Of a stretch of 64,000 nt of DNA, positions 27,563-37,315 are shown in pieces. Within the stretch, counting starts at the first letter, position 1, and each line of letters begins with the position of its first letter. Origin of the DNA: a candidate division WOR-3 bacterium (GTDB taxonomy: Bacteria > Hydrothermota > Tepidihabitantia > Tepidihabitantales > Tepidihabitantaceae); the NCBI GenBank assembly GCA_965649225.1, contig CBFGJX010000011.1:16467-80466 (forward strand), written 5' to 3'. A model generated the notes under the pieces. It saw only the letters and a program-made list of their open reading frames with translations, did no database searches and had not been told where the DNA came from. A program made the position numbers and the translations under genes.

Positions 27563-28816
27563 TTATTGACTCGTTTTCGGATTGTCAACGACCTTGCCGG
27601 TCAACCCGTCGGCACCGGCCTCAAGCCGCACTGTCTGGAGTTCACCCGCTACTGCCGGTCCTGCCAGCCGCACACGCAGATAATTATCGGTCAGCCCCCG
27701 CTGTCCGGATTCAGCCAGCACCATCCGCACCTGCCCGACAAACCGCGCGGCAAAACCGGCCCGGTGCCGGTCGCCAAGTTCCCGTAGCCACCGCACCCGC
27801 TGCCGCACCACCGCACTCGGAATCCGTCCCGGCAGCGCTGCCGCCGGTGTTCCCGGCCGGGGCGAAAAACTGAACGCGTGCAAATAAGCGAGCGGCAGAT
27901 CGGCAATGAACTGCCGGGTAATCTGAAACGACTCCTCCGTCTCGCCCGGCAGCCCGGCAATGACATCCACCCCCAGTGCCACATCGGGGCAGCGGCGCAC
28001 CGCCTCGTCGCACAACCGTTCAAAATCGGCCGCCACTCCCGGCCGTCCCAGTCGCGCCAGCAGCCGGTCATCGGCGGTTTGCAGCGGCAGATGGAGATGG
28101 GGACAGAGTTTCTCATGCCCGAGCAGGTCCAGCAGGGCATCGTCAACCGTGTCCGGCTCCAGCGAACCGAGGCGCAGTCGGAACCGACCCGGTCGTTCCA
28201 GCAGCCGGGCAACCAGGCCGGCCAGCCTGTTGCCGACGCTGTCCCGCCACGCGCCCAGATTCAGCCCGGTCAGCACCACCTCTCGGTAACCGGCCGCAAC
28301 CAGCCGGTCCAGCGCCGGCACCAGCTCGGCGGCCGGCACCGACCGTTCCGGTCCGCGCAACTGTGCGACAACACAATAACCACAGCGGCGGGAACAGCCG
28401 TCCTGGACTTTCAAAAGCGCCCGCGTCCGGCCCGGCGCCGGCACCGCGCCGGCAATAAACTCCTGCTTCCGACGGTTGTCCCAGACTTCAACCACACCGG
28501 GCAAACCCTGCAGCCGTGCCGGCGCCCGCTCAGCCAGACAGCCCAGCACGACAATCCGCGGTGCGTGCGCCAGCCGGCCGGCACGTCGGATCATTGCCAG
28601 CGAACTGCGGTCCGCGGCCGCGGTAACGGTGCAGGTGTTGACAAACACCACATCGGCGGCGGCCAGACTGGCAACAATCGCGATGCCCTGCCGGTGCAGT
28701 TGCGCCCGCAGGGCATCGCTCTCGGATTGATTCAGCCGGCAGCCGACCGTGACAATTGCCGCCCTTGGCGGCCGGCTGTCGTTACTCGTCGTCGAATTCG
28801 CGCAGATGATCCTCAA
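27563..28816 (-). CDS. mtaB: Radical SAM methylthiotransferase, MtaB-like (start uncertain)
   Basis: GCRLNQSES, NTCTVT, LKVQDGCSRRCGYC, GLTDNYLRV. Confidence 0.8.
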   Translation of the reverse strand: MRIICANSTTSNDSRPPRAAIVTVGCRLNQSESDALRAQLHRQGIAIVASLAAADVVFVNTCTVTAAADRSSLAMIRRAGRLAHAPRIVVLGCLAERAPARLQGLPGVVEVWDNRRKQEFIAGAVPAPGRTRALLKVQDGCSRRCGYCVVAQLRGPERSVPAAELVPALDRLVAAGYREVVLTGLNLGAWRDSVGNRLAGLVARLLERPGRFRLRLGSLEPDTVDDALLDLLGHEKLCPHLHLPLQTADDRLLARLGRPGVAADFERLCDEAVRRCPDVALGVDVIAGLPGETEESFQITRQFIADLPLAYLHAFSFSPRPGTPAAALPGRIPSAVVRQRVRWLRELGDRHRAGFAARFVGQVRMVLAESGQRGLTDNYLRVRLAGPAVAGELQTVRLEAGADGLTGKVVDNPKTSQ

Positions 28817-30533
28817 GCGTGAACTTGTCAAGCGCCGCGTCCTCGTGCATCCGCTCCTCCTCGGCCTCGCGCGCCCGGCGGTCGCGGTCACGACCCCGCC
28901 GGCGGGGACCGGCTTCAGGCTCGACCGGTTGCGGAGATTCCTCCGCTGCCGGCTCCTCAGCTGCCTGCAGCGCCCGTTCGCTGAGGGCAATCCGGCGATG
29001 TTCCATGTCGACCCGGATAACCTTCAGCTCCAGCTCCTCGCCGATAACGTATTTCTCCTTCGCCTTCTTGCCACCGCGGGCAAGATGGGAAAGAGGTACG
29101 AAACCCTCGATGCCATAATTGAGTTGAACCACAACTCCCGGCTTGGGCAAATCGACGATCCGGGCGCGGACGACATCGCCCTCCTTCAGTTCGCGGCTGA
29201 TGGTATAAAACGGATCTTCCTGCGTCTGCTTCAGTCCAAGCGTGATCCGGCGATTCTCCTTGTCGATACCAAGGATAATCGTCTCAACTTCCTGACCCTT
29301 CTTCAGCTCCTCGCGCGGATGCTTTATCCGTTTGGTCCAGGAAATATCGGCGTTGTGAATCAGGCCCTCGATGCCCTCCTCAATCTCGACAAACGCACCG
29401 AAATCCTTCAAGGCCCGCACCTTGCCGGTCACCCGCTGGCCGACGAAATACTTCTCGTCCACCAGCGACCACGGGTCGGGCATTGTCTGTTTCAGCCCGA
29501 GCGAAATCCGGCGGTTCTCCTTGTCGATACTCAGCACCACCGTCTCGACTTCCTCGTCGACCTTGACAATCTGGGACGGATGGTAAACCGACTTGGTCCA
29601 GGACATTTCCGAGATGTGAATCAGACCCTCGACGCCCTTTTCCAGCTCGACAAACGCGCCATACTCGGCGAGTGTCGTCACCCGGCCGCGTACCCGGCTG
29701 CCGACCGGATACTTCTCTTCCACCCGCTCCCAGGGGTGAGGTGAAAGCTGCTTCAGCCCGACGGTAATCCGGCCCGAAGCGGCATCGGCCGACAGCACCT
29801 TGACATTCAGTTTGTCGCCGACCTGCACCACTTCGGTGGGATGAACCACCTTGGTCCAGGACAGGTCTGAAATGTGCAGCAGCGCATCGATTCCGCCGAT
29901 GTCAATGAACGCGCCGAAGTCGGTGATGGTCTTGACCGTACCCTCAATCACATCACCGACCTGAAGTCGGGAAAACACCTCGCGCCGCACCTGCTCCTGC
30001 CGTTCCTCCAGCAACAGCCGGCGGGAAACGACGATGTTCTTCTTGTAAAAGTTGACCGAGAGGATTTTCACCTCGAGCTGACGGCCAACCAGCTCGTCGA
30101 GGTTCGGCACCGGCCGGAGATCCACCTGCGAACCGGGCAGAAACGCATCCAGGCCCAGAATCTCGACTGCCAGCCCACCCTTGACGCGCTTTATTACTGT
30201 CGCGGGCACACCCTCAGACGACTCCGACTTCTGCTTGATCATTTCCCAGCCGAGCTGGAAATCGGCCTTCTTTTTGGAAATCACCGGGAAGCCGTCGCGG
30301 TCCTCCAGCGCCTCCAGAAAAACCTTCACCTCGTCGCCTTCGGCGACGGCATCAAAGTTGCGGAATTCTCCGGCGTCCAGCACACCCTCGGCCTTCAGGC
30401 CAATGTCAACCAGCACAACTCCGGGCAGCTTTTTTACCACCCGGCCGGTCACGATCTCGCCCGGCCGGAGACTGGGAAACGAATCGGCGTAAATATCCGC
30501 CGGCTTCGTCGCTCTGTTATCATCAGACATCAA
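28782..30533 (-). CDS. rpsA: 30S ribosomal protein S1
   Basis: Six S1 domains (DFGAF.....GL.HIS.SW repeats). Confidence 0.97.
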   Translation of the reverse strand: MMSDDNRATKPADIYADSFPSLRPGEIVTGRVVKKLPGVVLVDIGLKAEGVLDAGEFRNFDAVAEGDEVKVFLEALEDRDGFPVISKKKADFQLGWEMIKQKSESSEGVPATVIKRVKGGLAVEILGLDAFLPGSQVDLRPVPNLDELVGRQLEVKILSVNFYKKNIVVSRRLLLEERQEQVRREVFSRLQVGDVIEGTVKTITDFGAFIDIGGIDALLHISDLSWTKVVHPTEVVQVGDKLNVKVLSADAASGRITVGLKQLSPHPWERVEEKYPVGSRVRGRVTTLAEYGAFVELEKGVEGLIHISEMSWTKSVYHPSQIVKVDEEVETVVLSIDKENRRISLGLKQTMPDPWSLVDEKYFVGQRVTGKVRALKDFGAFVEIEEGIEGLIHNADISWTKRIKHPREELKKGQEVETIILGIDKENRRITLGLKQTQEDPFYTISRELKEGDVVRARIVDLPKPGVVVQLNYGIEGFVPLSHLARGGKKAKEKYVIGEELELKVIRVDMEHRRIALSERALQAAEEPAAEESPQPVEPEAGPRRRGRDRDRRAREAEEERMHEDAALDKFTLEDHLREFDDE

Positions 30534-31390
30534 CCAGGTCCTCCTCTGCAGACTGGATTTCTGACAATGGCAACAATTCTCTCCACCACCGCCGAGGGCG
30601 TGGAAGAACCCGCTACCACGCCGACCCGGGCACGCGGGTCGATGGCGATCTTGCGCAGCTCCTCGGCGCGTTCGACAAACACGACCTCACGGCCGGCCGC
30701 ACGGACAATCTCGGCCAGCCGCGATGTATTGGCACTGTTGCGGCCGCCGGCCACCACCACCACATCACACCGGCTGGCGATCCGCGCTGCCGCCTGCTGC
30801 CGGGCCGTCACCTCCCGGCAGATAGTATCAAAAACCCGAAGCTCAGTATAACGATTCCGGCCGATGCTGGCAACAGCCGCCCGCAGCCCCTCTCGCGACA
30901 TCGTCGTCTGAGCGACTACCCCCAGCCGGCCGGTACGAGGCCGCAGCCGGGGCGAATACACCCGGCCGGCCGGCGCACAGTAGCCCAGGATCGAGCGCAC
31001 CTCGGGATGATTGCGTTCACCCACCACCACCACCTCGTATCCGCCCTCGCGCAGCCGCCGGGCAACACTCTGCACCTTGCGGACATAGGGACAGGTGGCG
31101 TCAATTATTCGCACCCCCAGCCGCCGGCACTCCAGAGTAACTGCTGGCGGACAGCCGTGGGCTCTGATGACCAACGCACCGCCCCGGGCAGCGCTGACAG
31201 TCTTCACCGCCCTGATACCCTCGGCCGCCAGTTCCTCCAGTACCAGTGGATTATGGACCAGCTCACCCAACGTTGCCACTCTGCCGTAGCGGGCCAGCCC
31301 GGCCCGGGCCAGGTCAATTGCCCGTTGCACCCCGAAACAGAATCCGGTCGGCTTGGCCACCAGCACCGGTCGCCGTACCGCTACCGACAC
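30530..31390 (-). CDS. ispH: 4-hydroxy-3-methylbut-2-enyl diphosphate reductase
   Basis: GFCFGV, LVHN, IRAHG, DATCPYV, HPEV, QTT, DTIC, SANT, GSSTP. Confidence 0.95.
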   Translation of the reverse strand: MSVAVRRPVLVAKPTGFCFGVQRAIDLARAGLARYGRVATLGELVHNPLVLEELAAEGIRAVKTVSAARGGALVIRAHGCPPAVTLECRRLGVRIIDATCPYVRKVQSVARRLREGGYEVVVVGERNHPEVRSILGYCAPAGRVYSPRLRPRTGRLGVVAQTTMSREGLRAAVASIGRNRYTELRVFDTICREVTARQQAAARIASRCDVVVVAGGRNSANTSRLAEIVRAAGREVVFVERAEELRKIAIDPRARVGVVAGSSTPSAVVERIVAIVRNPVCRGGPG

Positions 31391-32022
31391 ACCAGCTCCC
31401 GCACCCGCTCTTCCACGAGCTGTGTCAGCGCCAGCTGCCCGCTCCGACCGGGCGCGAAATCCTCCGGCCGCACCGGCGCGCCGAAACTCACCCGGATTGG
31501 CGTACTGCGCACTGGCCGGCGACGCCAGCCCCGGGCGACGAAGTCGCGGTCGACGAGCCACGTAACCCACGAAGTCGGCACTCCGGCGATGCCCACCGGC
31601 ACCACCGGCACTCGACTCTGCTGAGCCAGCAGCCCAACTCCGGGCCGGAACCGGCCGGTTACTCCGCTCCGGCTCCGGGTGCCTTCGGGGAAAACCACCA
31701 CTGTCGCACCCGCGGCCAGCAGGGACCGGCAACGCTTGATCGCGCCGGCATCTCCGCTGCCACGTCGGAGCGGCCAGGCATTCCAGCTTCGAATCAACCG
31801 GGCGAAAAACCGCGACGCCAGAAACAGCTCCTCTTTGGCCAGAAAATGTACCTCCCGGTGTGCGGCGAGCCCGACAATCACCGGGTCAATGTTGGAAACG
31901 TGATTTGCCGCCAAGACCAGCGGCCCGGGCAGCAGGTTATCCAGCCCGCGCACCCGCAGTCCGGCCAGCAGCCAGGCCAACGGATAGAGCGCCAGCCAGG
32001 CCAGCCGCCAGCGCAGCCGCAT
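31381..32022 (-). CDS. plsC: 1-acyl-sn-glycerol-3-phosphate acyltransferase
   Basis: NHVSNID (HX4D), FLAKEELF, FPEGTRS. Confidence 0.92.
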   Translation of the reverse strand: MRLRWRLAWLALYPLAWLLAGLRVRGLDNLLPGPLVLAANHVSNIDPVIVGLAAHREVHFLAKEELFLASRFFARLIRSWNAWPLRRGSGDAGAIKRCRSLLAAGATVVVFPEGTRSRSGVTGRFRPGVGLLAQQSRVPVVPVGIAGVPTSWVTWLVDRDFVARGWRRRPVRSTPIRVSFGAPVRPEDFAPGRSGQLALTQLVEERVRELVCR

Positions 32023-32729
32023 CAATCCCTCCCCGTCAGTCCGCGGCGACGGGCCAGCCCGCAAACCACCGCCACCTGCTCTTCAATCGTCAAATCGGTG
32101 GTATCAACCAGCACCGCATCGGCGGTACGCATCAGCGGGCTCATCCGGCGGCTGGAATCCAGCCGGTCCCGCTCGCGCAGCCCGGCGGCAACCGCCCGGC
32201 GGCTCTGGGCCGTCCCGGCCGCGGCCAGCTCGGCGCGGCGGCGGGCCGAACGCACTGCAAGGTCACAGTCCAGAAACACCTTCAATGCCGCAGTCGGAAA
32301 TACAACACTGCCGATATCGCGTCCCTCACAGACGACATTGCGGCCGGCCGCGGCCCGGCGCTGTTCAGCCACCAGGCGCCGTCGCACCACCGGCACCGCA
32401 CTCACCGCCGACACCAACGCACTCACTGGCGCGGTGCGGATACTCCGGCTGACATCCCGGCCGTCCAGTCGCACTCCCATACTGCCATCACGCTTCCAAA
32501 CCGGTTCAATCCGCGTCGCTGCCAGCAGTCGCCGCAAGGCTGCCGGCCGTTCCAGCGCCGTGCCGGTCTGCAGCACCTTCAGTGTCACTGCCCGGTACAT
32601 CGCGCCGGTATCCAGATGTCGGAACCCCAGCCGGCGGGCAACCAGCCGGGCGGTTGTGCTCTTGCCGGAACCGGCCGGACCGTCGATGGCAATCACGACT
32701 CCGGGCCGCGTTACTGCACGCTGCTTCAA
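32022..32729 (-). CDS. cmk: Cytidylate kinase
   Basis: IAIDGPAGSGKST, LDTGAMYR, EGRDIG, RDRLDSSR. Confidence 0.95.
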   Translation of the reverse strand: MKQRAVTRPGVVIAIDGPAGSGKSTTARLVARRLGFRHLDTGAMYRAVTLKVLQTGTALERPAALRRLLAATRIEPVWKRDGSMGVRLDGRDVSRSIRTAPVSALVSAVSAVPVVRRRLVAEQRRAAAGRNVVCEGRDIGSVVFPTAALKVFLDCDLAVRSARRRAELAAAGTAQSRRAVAAGLRERDRLDSSRRMSPLMRTADAVLVDTTDLTIEEQVAVVCGLARRRGLTGRD

Positions 32730-32752
32730 GGGGGAAAACTGCGCCCGGCTGG

Positions 32753-33226
32753 CTATTCGGCCTGGCTGAGCGCGAACTGCTGCACCAGCTGCAACTGCAT
32801 CGCCCGCAGCCGTGCTGCAACGGTGCGGGCGACCATCTTCATTACTGCATATCCCAATCGGGGGTCGGCATCCAGCGCCGCCTGCAGCTCGCGCACCGAC
32901 CACTCAATATAACCACAATCGGTGAGCGCCCGGCTGCCGGCAGTGTAATTCGGATTGCCTACCAGCCCCGACCAGGCAAACATCTCGCCCGGACCCACCG
33001 TTGTCACGACATAGGTCTTCCGGCTGACGCCCAGATCAAGGTCGAGCGTGACACCCAGCCGGCCGGAATGGAGAATGTAGAACTTCTCGGCCGGCTCACC
33101 CTGACGGTCAACCGGTTCACCGGCCTTCACCGTCCCATAGCGGGCCAGCCTGGCCAGCTGTTCAATATCATCCTCATCCAGCGTCTGGAAATCGGGGATG
33201 GTTTTCAGAAACTCACTGATATCCAC
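32753..33226 (-). CDS. Stand-alone cyclic-nucleotide-binding domain protein (no HTH)
   Basis: IPDFQTL, QGEPAEKFYILHSG, GPGEMFAWS, RALTDC; SD AGGAGG. Confidence 0.85.
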   Translation of the reverse strand: MDISEFLKTIPDFQTLDEDDIEQLARLARYGTVKAGEPVDRQGEPAEKFYILHSGRLGVTLDLDLGVSRKTYVVTTVGPGEMFAWSGLVGNPNYTAGSRALTDCGYIEWSVRELQAALDADPRLGYAVMKMVARTVAARLRAMQLQLVQQFALSQAE

Positions 33227-33335
33227 AAACAGCCTCCTGCGGAGCGGGGTAGAGTCGGCAGACGATAATCGCCGGCGGCACCATTGTCAAGCCTGCTCCC
33301 TTGACCCCGCACCCTGCGGCAGTTACCATCCTGTG

Positions 33336-33728
33336 ATGACCCGGCTGCTCTGGCTGATCTTCATTGTCCTCTTTGCTGCCCTGGTCCTGCTGACGTTGAG
33401 TCGCGCCTGGACCGCCGGCCGCCCTCTCAACCGCCAGCTCATTGCCATTGCCCGCAGCGGCAACGAACTCAGCCGGCGCTTCCCCGGCCACCGCTTCCGG
33501 GTCCAGGCATCCAGCCCGGACCGCTACCGTCGTGAAATTGTTATCTGGATCCAGCCCGGCACGGCCGATTCGGCGCTGCTGGCAACGCTGCCCGATTCGG
33601 CGGCCGACTGGCTGGCTGCCCGTCTCACCCTGCCCGGTTTCGACTCGCTGCGGATAGTACTTTTCGACTCGGTTGTGCGGGTCCGGCCGCTCGTTCGACC
33701 TAGAACCGGTTCACCAGCGCCACGCTGA
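33336..33728 (+). CDS. Hypothetical N-terminally membrane-anchored protein
   Basis: MTRLLWLIFIVLFAALVLLTL; own promoter TTGACC N17 TACCAT 6 nt upstream of ATG. Confidence 0.6.
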   Translation: MTRLLWLIFIVLFAALVLLTLSRAWTAGRPLNRQLIAIARSGNELSRRFPGHRFRVQASSPDRYRREIVIWIQPGTADSALLATLPDSAADWLAARLTLPGFDSLRIVLFDSVVRVRPLVRPRTGSPAPR

Positions 33729-34383
33729 AAACCCGGTTACGCACGGTTTCCGCCCGGTTCCCCAGAATATCACGCAGAGCAAACCCCAGCCGCACCCGCC
33801 GGTCAACCGTCCATGCCAGTCCGGCGTTCAGGAAACCGCGGCCGCGATCGTTGCGGTCATTCAACGCCGGATCATACTCGGCGATCAGTTCCAGGCCGCC
33901 GGGCAGCAGCTCACTGACAGCCACACTCCCGTTCAGGCCGTGCTGATAACTCACTGCCACTTGAAAGTAAGACCGCGTCACATCAACTGTTTTTCCCGCT
34001 GCCAGGTACACTCCCGGCTCGCGCACCAGAAAACGACCCCGGACGCAGTCATCGTAACCCTGGCTGTCAAATCCCAGTACCAGGTCCGGCACGTAACCGG
34101 CCTCGCGCAAGAGCGCCAGCCGTGCCTGAAAATCCGGCCGCCCGCGGTCAAAAAGCTGCACCGAATCATTACCGATAATCCGGTTGCCGCCGTAAGACAT
34201 CCCCAGCGTTACGCGCTCAAACAAACCCACCGCCAGCCGCAGCAGCACCCCCCCCGAACCCCACAACCGCGCCTCGGCCCAGTACTCACCGTGTCCCAGC
34301 GACACCGGCACCGGCTGATCGACCTGATACAACAGACCGCTGGCCGACAGTGCCAGCCAGCATAACAAAACAATCACCCGCAT
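33700..34383 (-). CDS. Outer-membrane beta-barrel protein, YjbH-like
   Basis: Signal peptide, GMSYGG...PDLVLGFDSQG, LIAEYD, LNAGLAW, terminal Phe. Confidence 0.65.
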   Translation of the reverse strand: MRVIVLLCWLALSASGLLYQVDQPVPVSLGHGEYWAEARLWGSGGVLLRLAVGLFERVTLGMSYGGNRIIGNDSVQLFDRGRPDFQARLALLREAGYVPDLVLGFDSQGYDDCVRGRFLVREPGVYLAAGKTVDVTRSYFQVAVSYQHGLNGSVAVSELLPGGLELIAEYDPALNDRNDRGRGFLNAGLAWTVDRRVRLGFALRDILGNRAETVRNRVFSVALVNRF

Positions 34384-34479
34384 GCCCCAGCATAGACACG
34401 GCAACCGACACTGTCAAGGCAGCCACCGCACGGGCCTTGCCGCTTGACAACCCCGTCGCTCTGCCTACAATGCCCGCAG

Positions 34480-34869
34480 GTGACAGCCATCCGCATCAAC
34501 ATCGGCGGCATTGAACTCGCTGGCCGGATTGAACACTCCGACCTCGCCGAACTTGTCATCCGGCAGCTCCCGCTTGACTCGTGGGGAGAAACCTGGGGTC
34601 GAGAAGTGTACTTTCCGATTCCGCTCAAAGTCGGCAACACCGCCCCGGTACTCGAAGTGAAGCCGGGCGACATTGCCTACTGGCCGGACGGGCCCGACCT
34701 GTGCCTCTTCTTCGGTCCGACGCCCAAAAGCACCGGCGACACTCCGGTAGCTGCCAGCCCGGTAACAGTCATCGGCAGCTTCCAGTTCGCCCCCGACGAC
34801 TTCGACCGTATCGCCCGCGGCCGGCGCGGCATTCGAGTCCGGATTGAAAAACAACCTGCTGCCGACTAA
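34480..34869 (+). CDS. Cyclophilin-like fold protein (TM1367/DUF369-like)
   Basis: TWGREVYFPIP, GDIAYWPDG...CLFFGPTP, ASPVTVIG. Confidence 0.85.
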   Translation: MTAIRINIGGIELAGRIEHSDLAELVIRQLPLDSWGETWGREVYFPIPLKVGNTAPVLEVKPGDIAYWPDGPDLCLFFGPTPKSTGDTPVAASPVTVIGSFQFAPDDFDRIARGRRGIRVRIEKQPAAD

Positions 34870-34924
34870 TGCCGGACAACTCCGGCTCTGCGCCCTCGCC
34901 GGGACGCAGAACACACTAGCGCAC

Positions 34925-34997
34925 GGGGCAGTAGCTCAGTTGGGAGAGCGCCAGAATCGCACTCTGGAGGTCGCCGGTTCAACTCCGGTCTGCTCCA
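34925..34997 (+). tRNA. tRNA-Ala (anticodon CGC), CCA not encoded
   Basis: Acceptor GGGGCAG/CTGCTCC with G3:U70, anticodon arm CCAGA-ATCGCAC-TCTGG, T arm GCCGG-TTCAACT-CCGGT. Confidence 0.96.
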
Positions 34998-35040
34998 TTA
35001 TCGGTCATCCGGCAGCCGTCGGCTGCAAAAGGAGGGGCAC

Positions 35041-35625
35041 ATGATCATCCTGCCCAAATATGTCTTCCTCACCAAAGGTGTCGGCGTCCACCGTGAAAAA
35101 CTCGCCAGCTTCGAAGCCGCCCTGCGCGACGCCGGGATTGCCGCTTTCAACATCGTCCGGGTCTCATCGATCTTCCCCCCCGAATGCCGCATCATCTCGC
35201 GCCAGCGCGGGCTCAAATTCCTGTCCCCAGGCCAGGTAGTCTTTGCCGTCGTCAGCGACAACGCTACCAACGAACCCCACCGGCTCGTGTCGGCCTCAGT
35301 TGGCCTGGCCATACCCAAAGACAGCTCCCGCTACGGCTACCTTTCTGAATACCACTCCTTTGGCGAACGGGAAGAACGCGCCGGCGACTACGCCGAAGAC
35401 CTCGCTGCCCAGATGCTTGCCACCACCCTCGGCGTCCAGTTCAACCCCGACACCTCCTACGACGAACGCAAGGAAATCTGGAAAATCTCCAACCAGATCG
35501 TCCGCACCCAGAACATCACCCAGAGCGCTATCGGCAACAAATCCGGCCTGTGGACTTCAGTTGTCGCCGCCGCCGTCCTCATAACGCATTTCCGCGACGA
35601 CAACTGCGAAAACGGCACGGCCTAG
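35041..35625 (+). CDS. pdaD: Pyruvoyl-dependent arginine decarboxylase
   Basis: SFEAALRDAGI..FNIVRVSSIFPP (Ser-Ser cleavage site), YGYLSEYH, WTSVVAAAV. Confidence 0.92.
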   Translation: MIILPKYVFLTKGVGVHREKLASFEAALRDAGIAAFNIVRVSSIFPPECRIISRQRGLKFLSPGQVVFAVVSDNATNEPHRLVSASVGLAIPKDSSRYGYLSEYHSFGEREERAGDYAEDLAAQMLATTLGVQFNPDTSYDERKEIWKISNQIVRTQNITQSAIGNKSGLWTSVVAAAVLITHFRDDNCENGTA

Positions 35626-35626
35626 A

Positions 35627-36847
35627 CTACCAGCGCCTCTCCAGCACCACACCGCGATAATAGGCCGCCAGAATCTCGGGATAACCCTGCCCGGCCCGGG
35701 CCCGCGCCAGCGCCCCCTCCTGGCACAGTCCCACACCGTGACCCCAGCCCCGTCCGGAAAAACAAAACCCACTGCCCTGCCGCCGCAGCTCAAACAGGGT
35801 CGAACGCAGCCCGAGCCCCATTCGCAGCTCATTCGCCCCCACTGTTACCCAACTTCCCCCGGTCTCGAACCGCACCCGCCGTACCCTGCCCGACATCTCG
35901 TCCCGCTCCAGCCGCCAGCCCGAAATCACCGGCATCCGCCCCAGCCGCGCCAGCCGCATCACTGTTCGGGCCACACTCTCTGCTGGCAACACCACCTCCC
36001 ACTCGAACCACTTCCCGCCTGAACACCACGCCGGCCGACCCCGTCCTGGCACATCGCTGACACTTGTCAGATACGGCTCCGAACCATTACCGGTAACCCC
36101 GCCGCAATTCGCATGATACAACGCCATCACCGGCGCACCCTCAAAAGTCAATACCTCACCCCGCGTTGCATCCACCGCTTGACGTGCCCAGTCCGTCTCC
36201 ACACCGGCTCCACCGTACTCCTGATCCCGGGTGTGACTGTCAAAAAGGTCATGCCCCAGCCCCTGCCGCCGCCCCAGCCGCGCCAGCGCAAAAGACCTTG
36301 CTGCAACTGCCTGTGCCTTGGCCGCCTCAAAACACTCCGGCCCCGCCGCCCCCAGCTCCCGTGGCAGCACCCCGTAAAGATACTCCTCAATTCCCAATCG
36401 GTTAACCACCGCCAGCCCGCTATCCGACGCGGCAAAAACCACCAGCTCGCCCCGATACCGACGCCCACTCAACCGCAGCAAACACCCGCCTGTACCCCGA
36501 ACTACAACTGTATCCAGCCCTCGCTGCCAGACTCCGCCGCTTCGGCCGGCCGCCACCCGGACTCCTTCGCGCCAGAACTCTACCACCTCATCCGGCCCAA
36601 CCCGCAGCACCGCCTGAGCGCACTCTACCATCACTCCCCCCGATCCGCTCAAACTCACCCTGCCCCCCTCACCGGCGCTAACCCGAACCCGCACAACCGG
36701 CATCACTTGCCCGCGTTCTCCTTGTGATACCCGTTCACCCGCCTCAACCCAGTCTGCCCGCGCATAACGTCCACCTCGAACGCCCACCCGCCACATTGCG
36801 CAACCGGAAAACGCGACCAGCACTCCGAACAGAATCAACTGCCGCAC
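35627..36847 (-). CDS. SpoIID/LytB-domain lytic transglycosylase (lipoprotein)
   Basis: FSGC lipobox; YRG, EEYLYGVLPRE, KAQAVAARSFA, QEYGG, GWGHGVGLCQEGA, ILAAYY. Confidence 0.92.
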   Translation of the reverse strand: MRQLILFGVLVAFSGCAMWRVGVRGGRYARADWVEAGERVSQGERGQVMPVVRVRVSAGEGGRVSLSGSGGVMVECAQAVLRVGPDEVVEFWREGVRVAAGRSGGVWQRGLDTVVVRGTGGCLLRLSGRRYRGELVVFAASDSGLAVVNRLGIEEYLYGVLPRELGAAGPECFEAAKAQAVAARSFALARLGRRQGLGHDLFDSHTRDQEYGGAGVETDWARQAVDATRGEVLTFEGAPVMALYHANCGGVTGNGSEPYLTSVSDVPGRGRPAWCSGGKWFEWEVVLPAESVARTVMRLARLGRMPVISGWRLERDEMSGRVRRVRFETGGSWVTVGANELRMGLGLRSTLFELRRQGSGFCFSGRGWGHGVGLCQEGALARARAGQGYPEILAAYYRGVVLERRW

Positions 36848-36937
36848 CGCTCAAACTAACCCCGCACATCTGCCTGGTCAAGCTGCTCTGCCCCCGGCCC
36901 GGCTTTGACTTGCAGCAAAACCGCCTTATCATGAGTT

Positions 36938-37312
36938 ATGCTCTATCGCGACCTGCGTATCGCCGACGCCATCAAAGACACCGTCGCCGACATAATCACG
37001 ACCAAAATCAGCGATCCCGGCATCGGTTTTGTCACCATCACCCGCTGCACTGTCAGCCCCGACTACCGTCACGCTACGATCTACCTTTCAATCCTCGGTG
37101 ACGACCGCCGCCGCGCCGACGGCCTCGAACACATCCGCCATGCGGCCGGCTACATCCGCCACCAGCTGGGCAAACGGCTCCGCCTCCGCTACCTGCCCCA
37201 GCTTAACTTCGCCCTCGATGAACTCCTTGAACAGCAAAACCGCATCGGCCACATCCTCAACGAACTCCAGCACCACCCACCGCATCCCGACACCGGGTAC
37301 CCCCAGCCCTGA
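36938..37312 (+). CDS. rbfA: Ribosome-binding factor A
   Basis: DPGIGFVTIT..VSPD..HA.IY.S, AGYIR..L..RL.LRYLPQL.F..D. Confidence 0.93.
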   Translation: MLYRDLRIADAIKDTVADIITTKISDPGIGFVTITRCTVSPDYRHATIYLSILGDDRRRADGLEHIRHAAGYIRHQLGKRLRLRYLPQLNFALDELLEQQNRIGHILNELQHHPPHPDTGYPQP

Positions 37313-37315
37313 CCG

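Noticed and set aside
28787..28831. ACG start for mtaB overlapping the rpsA stop
   Set aside because: In-frame TTG codons at 28816 and 28831 give canonical alternatives
33219..33227. DnaA-box-like ATATCCACA
   Set aside because: Single mismatched copy overlapping a start codon, 5 kb from the skew switch; no cluster
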